The notes beneath the pieces were generated by a model that saw only the letters and a list, made by a program, of their open reading frames with translations, ran no database searches and was not told where the DNA came from. The position numbers and the translations under genes are program-made. From Candidatus Heimdallarchaeota archaeon (GTDB taxonomy: Archaea; Asgardarchaeota; Heimdallarchaeia; Heimdallarchaeales; Kariarchaeaceae), in the NCBI GenBank assembly GCA_015523565.1, contig WAKA01000140.1, positions 1 through 34,789 on the forward strand: a stretch of DNA of 34,789 nt. Reading direction: 5' to 3'. This document shows positions 9,171 through 18,484 of the stretch, piece after piece (within the stretch, counting starts at the first letter, position 1; every line of letters starts with the position of its first letter).

Positions 9171-10477
9171 TCAATGACTTTCTCTATGATTTCAAAAGCT
9201 TGGTCAATCTCCTGTTCTGTGACATTCAAGGCCGGTCTGAACCTGATTGATTTTCTTCCGGATTTCAGGATGAGCAATCTCTCTTTCAGCATATTCTTAT
9301 GAATCTTATCCCTCTTCTCAGGTGACGGCAAATCAAAAGCGGCAAACAATCCTTTCGCCCTTACATTTGTTATGTTTTCATGTCTTTCACTAAGCTCTTT
9401 GAGACGCTTCATCAAATATTGTCCCATCTTGTTGACATTTGACAAGATATTCTCTTTCTGTATGACTCTTAGATAGTGTTTTGACCTGACCATATCAACC
9501 AAATTTCCACCCCATGTAGAATTGATACGGGATGATTCGTGGAATACATTATGTTCAACCTCATCGATCCTGTCTGTTGAATAAAATCCACAGACTTGGG
9601 TTTTCTTGCCAAATGCAACCATGTCTGGCTTGGCTTTCGGAATATATTGGTGATACCACATCTTCCCTGTCAATGCAATACCTGTCTGCACTTCATCAAA
9701 AATTAGCATGGCTTCCTTCTCATCCGCTATTTTCCTCAATGCCATGAAAAACTCATCCCTGAAATGATTGTCACCACCTTCTCCCTGAATGGGTTCTATT
9801 ATGATTGCAGCAATATCATCGCCCCTTTCAGTAAATGCACGCTCAATTTGCAGGATTGCCTCTTCTTCTGCCTGCTTTACCTGATCTAAATGATCCTCCA
9901 TTGGAAATGTTATTTTCGGATTGAGGATTCTTGGCCAATCAAATTTTGGAAAATACATGTATTTTCTTGGATCTGCCGTATTGGTGAGTGATAATGTGTA
10001 TCCTGACCTTCCATGGAATGCCTCTTTGAAATGAATGACTTGTGTGCCCAATTCTCCTTTACCTGCCTCCAAGTTTTTCCTGACCTTCCAATCAAAAGAT
10101 GCCTTTAATGCATTTTCTACAGCCAAAGCCCCTCCAGAAATGAAGAAAAAGTGTTTGAATTCTTTTGGTACTGCAATTTCTGCAAATGTTTCAACAAATT
10201 CAATGTAGCTTTCTGTATAAAAATCACTATTTGAAATCTTGTTTTTTGCGGCCTGCAAAAGTTCCTTTTCAACATCCTTCTCCTCAAAGACTGGATGGTT
10301 CAATCCCAAAGGCATTGATGCATAAAACGACATCATGTCAAGATATTCATTCCCTTCACGGTCAAAAATTTTTGATCCTTTACTTTTGTCCAAGTCTATG
10401 ATGAATGGAAATCCATCTGCAAGGATATACTTTTTCAAGGCTTCCAGTCCCGGATTTTTGATTACCACTGCTTCCAT
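9167..10477 (-). CDS. lat: L-lysine 6-aminotransferase (class III PLP aminotransferase)
   Basis: GGALAVENALKASFDWK, FHGRSGYTLSLTNT, FPKFDWPR, EPIQGEGGD, DEVQTG, FGKK and SRINSTWGGN are characteristic of Lat. Confidence 0.9.
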   Translation of the reverse strand: MEAVVIKNPGLEALKKYILADGFPFIIDLDKSKGSKIFDREGNEYLDMMSFYASMPLGLNHPVFEEKDVEKELLQAAKNKISNSDFYTESYIEFVETFAEIAVPKEFKHFFFISGGALAVENALKASFDWKVRKNLEAGKGELGTQVIHFKEAFHGRSGYTLSLTNTADPRKYMYFPKFDWPRILNPKITFPMEDHLDQVKQAEEEAILQIERAFTERGDDIAAIIIEPIQGEGGDNHFRDEFFMALRKIADEKEAMLIFDEVQTGIALTGKMWYHQYIPKAKPDMVAFGKKTQVCGFYSTDRIDEVEHNVFHESSRINSTWGGNLVDMVRSKHYLRVIQKENILSNVNKMGQYLMKRLKELSERHENITNVRAKGLFAAFDLPSPEKRDKIHKNMLKERLLILKSGRKSIRFRPALNVTEQEIDQAFEIIEKVID

Positions 10478-10628
10478 GTTTATCTAGACTTTTTCCTCAA
10501 ACTTAAATTTACGGTTCATATAGTTTTTTCTGCTTATCACGAACCCTTCTTTCCAGCAAATAACCAAATTTTGAATTTTTGCGTAAATATAGCGACTAAT
10601 TTGTGGATTTTTTGTTGTTATTGTTACA

Positions 10629-11762
10629 TTATTTCAATGCTTCTCTTGCAATGACAAGCCTCATTATTTCCGAAGTTCCTTCATAGATTTCGGTAATCCT
10701 TGCATCCCTGTAATATCTTTCCACTTCAAAATCCTTGAGGAAACCACCTCCACCATGGATTTGAATTGCACGATGCGTAACAAATGTTGCAGATTCAGAT
10801 GCAAACAATTTTGCAATGGCCGCCTCTTTTACATATTTCTTGCCTTGATCCACGAGCATAGCCGCTTTTTGGTACAATCCCCTGCCTGCCTCTATTCGTG
10901 TTGCCATATCGGCAATCATGAATTGGATTGCCTGAAAATTTGCAATGGGTTGGTTGAATTGACTTCTCTCTTTTGCATATTTTATGGAATCTTCATATGC
11001 CGCCTGTGCGATGCCAACAGCTTGCGCCGCTACTGCAATTCGCCCTTTGTCCAAAATCGACAATGCCATCCGCAATCCCTTTCCTTCTTCTCCCAGCAAA
11101 TTTTCCTTGGGAATCCTGACATCCTCGAACGTCATGGCACTAGTCACGCTTGCCTTAATTCCCAACTTTTTCTCAGGTGGCATGACAGTTATTCCTGGAG
11201 TGTCCGCAGGCACAATAAATGCTGAAATCCCTTTATGTCCTGGTTGATCATTTGATCTTGCAAAGACAATAAATACTGTGGCTTCCTTGGCATTTGTAAT
11301 ATAAAACTTTGACCCGTTTATAACCCATTCATCCCCCTCCAATTTTGCCCTTGTAGACAACGATGCGGGATCTGAACCTGCATGTGGCTCTGAAAGGCAA
11401 AATGCACCTAGCCCATCCTTTTCAGCAAACATTGGCAGAAACTTTTCCTTTTGTTCCTCGGTTCCAAACATCACGATTGGTGAAATTCCCAATGAATTGT
11501 TCCCTGCAAAGATTGTTGCTGTTGCTGCACAACCTCGCGCTATTTCTTCGCAAGTTGTTGCATAAGTTAGCATATCTGCACCTATGCCACCATACTCTTC
11601 AGGCAATGTCATGTAAAGAAAACCCGTCTCTCTCAAATCCTTGATGTTTTCTTCTGGAAAAACCTCTTTTTCATCATACATTTTTGCCCTTGGCTTGATC
11701 TTGTCTGTAACCAATTCCCTAATGGAATCCCGTATCATCTTTTGGTCTTCATTCAATATCAT
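10629..11762 (-). CDS. Acyl-CoA dehydrogenase (butyryl-CoA/short-chain type)
   Basis: FCLSEPHAGSD, INGSKFYITN, R.QF..PIA.FQAIQF, QIHGGGG and RDARITEIYEGTSEI. Confidence 0.95.
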   Translation of the reverse strand: MILNEDQKMIRDSIRELVTDKIKPRAKMYDEKEVFPEENIKDLRETGFLYMTLPEEYGGIGADMLTYATTCEEIARGCAATATIFAGNNSLGISPIVMFGTEEQKEKFLPMFAEKDGLGAFCLSEPHAGSDPASLSTRAKLEGDEWVINGSKFYITNAKEATVFIVFARSNDQPGHKGISAFIVPADTPGITVMPPEKKLGIKASVTSAMTFEDVRIPKENLLGEEGKGLRMALSILDKGRIAVAAQAVGIAQAAYEDSIKYAKERSQFNQPIANFQAIQFMIADMATRIEAGRGLYQKAAMLVDQGKKYVKEAAIAKLFASESATFVTHRAIQIHGGGGFLKDFEVERYYRDARITEIYEGTSEIMRLVIAREALK

Positions 11763-11886
11763 GACTCCAAATCAAACCAATTCAATAAAAAAGGTATAGT
11801 GGATCAATCGTTTTATTGGAATTATTTCATTAATATAAATAAAGTAATCAAGCCAATCCTGACTAAAAAACTTGAAATACTCCAGA

Positions 11887-12105
11887 ATGATGATAGAAAT
11901 AGAGGGTATAATCGTGAGCATTCCACTACCAAATGTTTCAAAAGATGACGAAAACAAGTTCAAATCAGAATGTGATCTGTATGACGGGAGCAAGGAAACA
12001 GCAGGTCTTTGCAATGGATGGGTTACAAAGACTGGTAAGTGCATGAGAAGAGATGATGATATAGCAAAAAGATGTGATGGCTTTGGAAACATCGCAAAAG
12101 ACTAA
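11887..12105 (+). CDS. Small hypothetical protein with four cysteines
   Basis: 72-aa ORF filling an intergenic gap, with C-x12-C-x9-C-x10-C. Its stop overlaps the convergent gene by 4 nt, as at other real gene junctions in this window. Confidence 0.55.
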   Translation: MMIEIEGIIVSIPLPNVSKDDENKFKSECDLYDGSKETAGLCNGWVTKTGKCMRRDDDIAKRCDGFGNIAKD

Positions 12106-12491
12106 ATGTGGACAATTTCCCTTTCCTTCAACCCAGCAGACGCAGATGATAAATAGACTGCTAGGTCGGAAAGATTGCTCATCAATACAATGTTGATGTT
12201 TTCTGAAAATCGGGTCAAATTTTCTTTGGCTGTTTGGGAAATACTGTTGGTCACGATTATCAGGGTCTCTAATCCAATCCAATTGTAAACCCTTAATGCC
12301 TTGTGTATAATTGAAACAGTCAACGGTCGTTTCCATTTCACCACAATTATCCCCGTTTTTATCTGTGGAATAAAATAACTTAAACCAATCAATCCCTTGC
12401 CCACCTTATAATCTCGAATATACTCCAATGAATTGAACCTGACCCATTCCTCTATAAATCTTTCAGGAAATTCAATTTTTTCAAATACCAT
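12102..12491 (-). CDS. Restriction-endonuclease-like (Mrr_cat-like) fold protein, probably catalytically degenerate
   Basis: The pattern IIVVKWKRPLTVSII ... LIIVTNSISQTAKE ... NINIVL matches the second half of Mrr-type PD-(D/E)xK domains. Confidence 0.5.
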   Translation of the reverse strand: MVFEKIEFPERFIEEWVRFNSLEYIRDYKVGKGLIGLSYFIPQIKTGIIVVKWKRPLTVSIIHKALRVYNWIGLETLIIVTNSISQTAKENLTRFSENINIVLMSNLSDLAVYLSSASAGLKEREIVHI

Positions 12492-12599
12492 TGGCTTTCC
12501 TATATCATTGCTTTTTCATAAGATGAGGGAATTCCATAATAATATGTGGAGGTGTTATCTAAACCATTAAATTATCAAGTCATTCAAAAATATTAGAGG

Positions 12600-13052
12600 A
12601 TGTACTACATCTACCATAAGATCATCAATAAGGACGAGAACCTTGAACAGTTGCGTGAGAACCTGATTAGGAATCCCGCAATTAAGGGATTTCTGGATAC
12701 AAAATTCATTGTTTGCAAAGAACAATTGCTTCATGCAATCAATTTGACTGAAATCGCTTTTGAAACTGAAACAAACAAATCCACTAATTGGGGAATTGAA
12801 CTGGACTTGACCTTGGCAGGAACAACTCAGATAGTTAAAGCCCTTGAATTATTTGACCTTAAGCCAAGCACGCAATCACTCATCCTTATAACAGAAAGCC
12901 CTCTGAACAAGAACAATTTCAAAAATATCCATGAAGGGTTCCCTGATCTTGCCCCTTCAATTGATGCCCTGAATTATTTCAACATTATTTCGGACTTTGA
13001 CAATCCCTGCAAAAAGGCAATGTCCAAATCCATTTTAAAACAATTGAAATAG
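12600..13052 (+). CDS. cgi121: KEOPS complex subunit Cgi121
   Basis: EQLLHAI..T..AF....N.S..WGIEL.L.LAGTTQI.KALE.F.LK signature; 150 aa. Confidence 0.85.
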   Translation: MYYIYHKIINKDENLEQLRENLIRNPAIKGFLDTKFIVCKEQLLHAINLTEIAFETETNKSTNWGIELDLTLAGTTQIVKALELFDLKPSTQSLILITESPLNKNNFKNIHEGFPDLAPSIDALNYFNIISDFDNPCKKAMSKSILKQLK

Positions 13053-13104
13053 GTTGGGTCATAAAATAACAATGTTTATGTGTCCAAAAGTCATTTAATA
13101 GACA

Positions 13105-15339
13105 GTGACTTCCATATTCCAAGTTTTGAAAGACTATTCCCAATATTTTGAAACAGACTACATCCCAGATTATGACTTTCTTAAATTATCAAACACCCAT
13201 AGAAAGTTTGATGCATTGATGCGGAGATTCTGGGATTCTTTCCATCCATTGACAAGGGACATTTTTCTCAGTTTCATCTACGAGGTATCCAGACTATTGA
13301 ATACTGTTGAAGAACTGAATAAGGAAGTCTCAATCAAAGAAAGGGAAGTCCAGAAAATCAGTAAAGAACTAAACGAAAGAAGGGAATATATTGCCAGTTT
13401 GCTTGAAAAACTTGAACAAGAAGTTACAACCCAATTGTCATTGACGGAAGAAGAAATTAGAGCATTGGAAGAGGAATCAAAAGCAAAGTCCGAATTGGTT
13501 GAGAAGTTGCAACAGGAAATAATGACATTGAAAAGTGAACTTAATTCACAATCCACCCTTTCTTCAGATGCCGTAACTGAAGCTGTCCTGATGGATCAAA
13601 AAATCAACAAAATGGAAGCGGAAATAAAAGAACAACAGGAAGTAATTGAAAAACTGACTTTCGATAATCTTCAACTTATGGAACAAAACCTTTCGCTTCA
13701 AAAAGACAATGAAGCCTTGGTTAAACAAGTTAATGAACTTGAAAATAAACTTACCCAATTGACTACTGCAAATGAAATGCTGCAAAAAGAATTATCCCAG
13801 AAAGAACAGGCGATAAATTCCCTCAACAAGAAAGTCATCGAGATGAAAGCTGGTGAATTTTCTGGAACTTCTGAAGAAGAAACCTCTGACAGTTTTGATT
13901 CCTTTATTGGAAGCGATGTAAAGGAATTAAAGAAAGATATGATGGCATTGACAAAAATAATTTCTGAAGAATTCTCTCAACCCATGGAGCACCCTGTTGA
14001 CGCATCTAAAATGGACGAACTCAGTAAAATCATGAACTTCAAATCTAAATTGATTGACTTTTATGAGAACATTAAATCAAAAGACCCTACCCTTGATTTA
14101 TTCCTTTTGAATGAAGAAATTGAAGAAATGGCAAAAGAAGACCCTTATGGTGTCTTAAATGTAATCGAAAAAATCATTTCCGTATTCCTTACACTCATGA
14201 TGGATACAAAATTGGAAGAGATCAAAAGAGAATTCCTGATTGAAAAAATACAACTGCAATCCGAAATTGTACAATTGAGAAATAAAATAATCGAATTGAC
14301 CGATTCCTTGGAAGAACCTCTGAAAATAAAGAAAGAAGTAGATGAAATGTTTGAAACATCCCGTGGGTCTCTAAAGGAAAAAGAAATGGGAAAAGTACAG
14401 GTGGATGAGGAATCCAAAGATCATTTGGGCAATAAAATCCAAGAGGATGATAAAGACAAGTTGGACACCATAACAGATAAATTGGACGCCATAACACAAG
14501 ATGATGAAATTATTGTTGCCAAAACTAATGAAAACGATTTCAGAAGACAACCCATGTCTCAACCCCTTGATGAAGAACAAAATGACTTCATGATACATCA
14601 TGAATATGCTGAGAATAAAGAAGAGGTTGAAAATGATGGATTGCAACCAGAGGAACGTAAAACTGAAAATAAACAGCACTTCTCATCTAATTTTCTCTTA
14701 TCGAAACTGAAAAAACATTTAGAGGAGGAAACTCATTCTACAATAGCTTCGTCAGAGCATGAAATAAATGATCTGGATTCAAAAACATTACCTCAAGAGC
14801 CAATTGACGAAATGCCGATCAATAATGATGCAAACTTTGATGCTGTTGCTATGGACAAAGAACTTGGGATGGACGACAATGAAATTGACGATATAACTTT
14901 TGATGGAATGCTTGTTGATGAAGAACCGATTGATGAACCAAATAATCTTAGTTCTCAAGTGAATATTGAAGAAAGTGAATCCAGTCAATTTGATACCAAT
15001 GACCAAAAAGAGTTATCAATCAATGAAACAGTTGTGGCTGATGAAACAGGTTCCGAAAAAAAAGACCACCAAGACGCATTTTTACCAGTGCCACCTTTGA
15101 AGGACAGTCTTTTGGAATTTGTCTCAAAAGTAAAAACAGAAAAGACATCAAACAAACCAACACTGGATCACTCAGATCATGACTTGGAAACATCATTTCC
15201 AGAAAAAAAAGAAGAATTAAATACGGACTCTTTTCTCCAAAATGAAGAGACACAAAATGACAAGGTCAATTCATTGCTAAACAAATTCCAGAAAAAACTC
15301 ACTTCTTCAAAGAAATCATGGCTTGATGATGATCAATAA
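13105..15339 (+). CDS. Large hypothetical protein: N-terminal helical/coiled-coil region plus long acidic disordered C-terminal region
   Basis: 744-aa ORF; heptad-rich at about aa 60-250 and 370-410; D/E/N/S-rich low-complexity C-terminal third. Confidence 0.8.
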   Translation: MTSIFQVLKDYSQYFETDYIPDYDFLKLSNTHRKFDALMRRFWDSFHPLTRDIFLSFIYEVSRLLNTVEELNKEVSIKEREVQKISKELNERREYIASLLEKLEQEVTTQLSLTEEEIRALEEESKAKSELVEKLQQEIMTLKSELNSQSTLSSDAVTEAVLMDQKINKMEAEIKEQQEVIEKLTFDNLQLMEQNLSLQKDNEALVKQVNELENKLTQLTTANEMLQKELSQKEQAINSLNKKVIEMKAGEFSGTSEEETSDSFDSFIGSDVKELKKDMMALTKIISEEFSQPMEHPVDASKMDELSKIMNFKSKLIDFYENIKSKDPTLDLFLLNEEIEEMAKEDPYGVLNVIEKIISVFLTLMMDTKLEEIKREFLIEKIQLQSEIVQLRNKIIELTDSLEEPLKIKKEVDEMFETSRGSLKEKEMGKVQVDEESKDHLGNKIQEDDKDKLDTITDKLDAITQDDEIIVAKTNENDFRRQPMSQPLDEEQNDFMIHHEYAENKEEVENDGLQPEERKTENKQHFSSNFLLSKLKKHLEEETHSTIASSEHEINDLDSKTLPQEPIDEMPINNDANFDAVAMDKELGMDDNEIDDITFDGMLVDEEPIDEPNNLSSQVNIEESESSQFDTNDQKELSINETVVADETGSEKKDHQDAFLPVPPLKDSLLEFVSKVKTEKTSNKPTLDHSDHDLETSFPEKKEELNTDSFLQNEETQNDKVNSLLNKFQKKLTSSKKSWLDDDQ
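14455..14496 (+). repeat. 21-bp in-frame tandem duplication (DKLDTIT / DKLDAIT)
   Basis: gacaagttggacaccataaca is followed directly by gataaattggacgccataaca (3 mismatches). Confidence 0.8.
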
Positions 15340-15353
15340 TTATAATTCCACGA

Positions 15354-17723
15354 TCAATAGATATAGTTAAACCCTTTCCTGTTTTCCCACCAGAAACTTA
15401 TCTTTGTAAAGAAGGATACATGTTTTCTTACAATAAATTCAATGTTTGGCTTATAGGTGAGCATATAATCCACCATTGCCAAGTCATGGACTTTTTCTCC
15501 GTTTTCCTCTAACATTGTCATGGTGTTCTCATCTCTGTTGACTGCTTTGATTATTCCAGGAATAAGAACATCATAATTTTCCTTTGAAAATATCCCTACT
15601 TTTTGGTCAAGTGAATGTTCCAAAACCTCAAAATCAATTTCAGTCTTCTCCTTTTTGAACTCGATCCCAATCGGTGAAAAACCTACAATGAGGTCAGAAC
15701 CATTGAACTCCTCTCCATTCAATATAAGGGTAGTTTCTTTCCAATGGCTACCAATTTCAATGCTTTCCAAAGTTACCATTTGCGTCTTGCCATTTTTATA
15801 AATATACACTTTCTTCCCTTTGTATTCAAATATTACTGATTTAGGGATACCTAAATCTTTCATTTCAACAACATTTCCGCTTTCATCTTGGAAGACAATA
15901 CCATTCTCATTCATTTCCCATTTTTCTGGCTTGAAAATGTCTCCTTTCTTCATCAAATACTCCTCCCCCTTGTTGTAAGCCTTAATTGCATAATCCGATG
16001 AATTGTATGATTTACCATTTATCACGAAAGCCACAGGACTGCTGACTTGGTTTGTCCTTTCCAATCTTTCAAGCTTGCCTTCTACGGCATCCTTTTCCAA
16101 TGGATTAAAGATGACAACATTCCTCCCTACATAAAATTCATATTCTTCTTCCCAAGGAAGAAACTTGTAAATTCTGTCAAATGCCCCTGTTTCAAAGTCT
16201 TCCTTATATGTCTCATCAACTATTTCCCTTATGCCATCTTTGGCTGATTGCAGAACCTGTACAGCCTTCTTTCTTCCCAATCCCAACAGGCGATATGGTA
16301 AAAAGGCGGCTTTGGCTGGGGTGATTTTGTCAGTTACCAACGCTGCAATCCTGTAGCTTGTTCTGGGATGGGATACAAAAATGTTTGAAAATGCGGCAGA
16401 TTTTGATGGGGATATTGCCTCTCTATAGATTCTTTTTCCAGCGATTGCTTCATATCTTTCCTTTTCCTCTTTGGTATATTTCTTGTCCGTCAGTAAGTTA
16501 ACAGATATGCCAAAATCAGCGGCAACTCCCTGATAAAATCCTTCAAGCCTATACAATGCCTTACTAAGGTCTTTTCCATAGCCTGCATCCTTTGTTACTT
16601 TGTCCGCATGACCTTCTAAAGCTCGAACAAAGATATACAGGAATATGACAAGTCCATAACTGATGATGAGGTAGGTTACAAAAGATACGGTCAAGCCGTC
16701 CTTGAATACTGCATAGTCTATCTGTGTGGCAGGCAAAAGCAAGGCCTTCTTAAAGGCCAACTCCAAAACTGACAAAGCCAATAATATCAGGACATGATGC
16801 TTTGCGGTATGGGCCAATTCATGTCCGACAATGCCATTGATATCACTTTCATTGAAATCATTCAAATCAGAACTGATAAATGCAATTCTCTTGTCAAAAA
16901 AGGGACCATATGCAAAAGCATTAAGAATTGGTGCCTTGACAAATCCAACCTTGACTTTTCCTTTTATTTTCAACCTCGATGCAATTTCCTGAACTTTTGA
17001 AAGGATATATTCATCAGTAACCTCTTCAACTCCGAACAAGAATGAAAGCAGGGCTCCTGAAATAAAATACATGAAAATCATGACAATGACCAATATTTCA
17101 TAAATTCCAAAGGAAAGGAATAATGTCCTTCTCGCAATCTCATAAGGGATATTCGCCAAATAGAAATATTCCCTCAGTTCTTTCAAACGGGTGGCAATGA
17201 CCACATAAATTAACCCAAACAGGAATAGGTAAACCATTTGGGGGGAAGAAAGCCTGGAAACCAAGATGAATTTTTTCCCGAAAAATATGAAGGCAACCAA
17301 TATGAAAACAAAGAACGCAATGCTGAATGAAAATGCAAAAATCCTTTCATCACTTTTTGGGGCTCCTGTTAATGTGTTGTAGACGATTTGTCCAACTTTG
17401 CCGAAAAGAATTGTGAGGTAAGACGCAGTTGTTGCTATCATGAGTTGCCCCCATACGGGAACATCACGCAGTGCATATGTTTGTTGTATCATTAAAACAC
17501 TGATGCCAAGAAAGAAACCAAGCGCAATGTCGGATGAAAAATATGTTGTCACTCCTGTCAAAAAGGCAGAAAGCCAAAACCAAAGCATTTCTTCACTCGA
17601 ATTGTGCTTGAAATACACTCGGATTTCTGAAATCAAAAAAATCAATGAGATCAAGGCAACAGCTATTCCAATAGCCTTGATGCCATTCAGGTTCACCCAT
17701 TCAATCAGTTCTGAAATGATCAC
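15354..17723 (-). CDS. M48-family (HtpX/Ste24-like) membrane zinc metalloprotease with extra N-terminal TM helices and a large C-terminal beta-rich region
   Basis: LNAFAYG, GIVGHELAH (HExxH), LEGHAD, L.KAL.RL and SHP motifs; about 7 hydrophobic segments precede the catalytic domain. Confidence 0.85.
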   Translation of the reverse strand: MIISELIEWVNLNGIKAIGIAVALISLIFLISEIRVYFKHNSSEEMLWFWLSAFLTGVTTYFSSDIALGFFLGISVLMIQQTYALRDVPVWGQLMIATTASYLTILFGKVGQIVYNTLTGAPKSDERIFAFSFSIAFFVFILVAFIFFGKKFILVSRLSSPQMVYLFLFGLIYVVIATRLKELREYFYLANIPYEIARRTLFLSFGIYEILVIVMIFMYFISGALLSFLFGVEEVTDEYILSKVQEIASRLKIKGKVKVGFVKAPILNAFAYGPFFDKRIAFISSDLNDFNESDINGIVGHELAHTAKHHVLILLALSVLELAFKKALLLPATQIDYAVFKDGLTVSFVTYLIISYGLVIFLYIFVRALEGHADKVTKDAGYGKDLSKALYRLEGFYQGVAADFGISVNLLTDKKYTKEEKERYEAIAGKRIYREAISPSKSAAFSNIFVSHPRTSYRIAALVTDKITPAKAAFLPYRLLGLGRKKAVQVLQSAKDGIREIVDETYKEDFETGAFDRIYKFLPWEEEYEFYVGRNVVIFNPLEKDAVEGKLERLERTNQVSSPVAFVINGKSYNSSDYAIKAYNKGEEYLMKKGDIFKPEKWEMNENGIVFQDESGNVVEMKDLGIPKSVIFEYKGKKVYIYKNGKTQMVTLESIEIGSHWKETTLILNGEEFNGSDLIVGFSPIGIEFKKEKTEIDFEVLEHSLDQKVGIFSKENYDVLIPGIIKAVNRDENTMTMLEENGEKVHDLAMVDYMLTYKPNIEFIVRKHVSFFTKISFWWENRKGFNYIY

Positions 17724-17909
17724 ATGTCCCCCTGAAATTACCCATTTAATTTATAATCGGTCGTGTTAAAATAAATCATTAACTTTTTCCAATACAGGAT
17801 TGCAATAAAGTTTTTATGTTTGAAAACTGCATAGAAGGAATAATCAATAAACCTAAAAATGACTTCATTGCAAGTCAATTGTAGTTCATCGGTAAGAGTG
17901 TGACAAAAC

Positions 17910-18452
17910 ATGGTGAAAATTGGGAAATATGAAGTAAACCTCGATTATTATTATTATGACAATTATGTTTGGGTTAATCGTGAAAGTGACAATGAAGTGG
18001 AAATTGGATTGACAGACTATGGACAACAAATGCTTAAGGATATCATAGATATTGAACCCCCACAAAAATCACAGCGCTTTGCAGAAGGAACCCCTTTCAT
18101 ACAAATTGAATCCATCTCCAAGGATTTTGTGCTTAAGTCCCCACTTTCCTGTGTAGTTTTGGAAGTTAACCATGCTGTGGTGGAAAACCCTGAACTCCTG
18201 AATGAAAAACCATTCCAGACTTGGATCGTTCGAGCTGAAGTCTTAGACCTTTCTGATTTTGACAAACTGATGGACGGGGACGATATGGCAGACATAATAG
18301 CTGACGAAATCGGGGACGAAATTGAAGAAATTGAATTTGACGAAGACGCTGAATTTGATTATGAAAATGAACTGAATTTTGATTCTGGGGATGACTATTA
18401 CGGGGAATACAATGACGATGAATTTTATTTCTATGATGAAGACGAATATTGA
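17910..18452 (+). CDS. Glycine cleavage H-protein-like (lipoyl/biotinyl fold) protein with acidic tail; canonical lipoyl-Lys position is Ser
   Basis: WV...IGLTDYGQQMLKDI, IES, SPLS..V.EVN..V..NPELLN..P...WI. Confidence 0.85.
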   Translation: MVKIGKYEVNLDYYYYDNYVWVNRESDNEVEIGLTDYGQQMLKDIIDIEPPQKSQRFAEGTPFIQIESISKDFVLKSPLSCVVLEVNHAVVENPELLNEKPFQTWIVRAEVLDLSDFDKLMDGDDMADIIADEIGDEIEEIEFDEDAEFDYENELNFDSGDDYYGEYNDDEFYFYDEDEY

Positions 18453-18484
18453 ACCTTATAATAATCCCTTCCTTGAAATCAATT

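Noticed and set aside
13105-15339. The coiled-coil protein as an SMC/Rad50 ATPase
   Set aside because: No Walker A/B, signature motif or hinge is visible.
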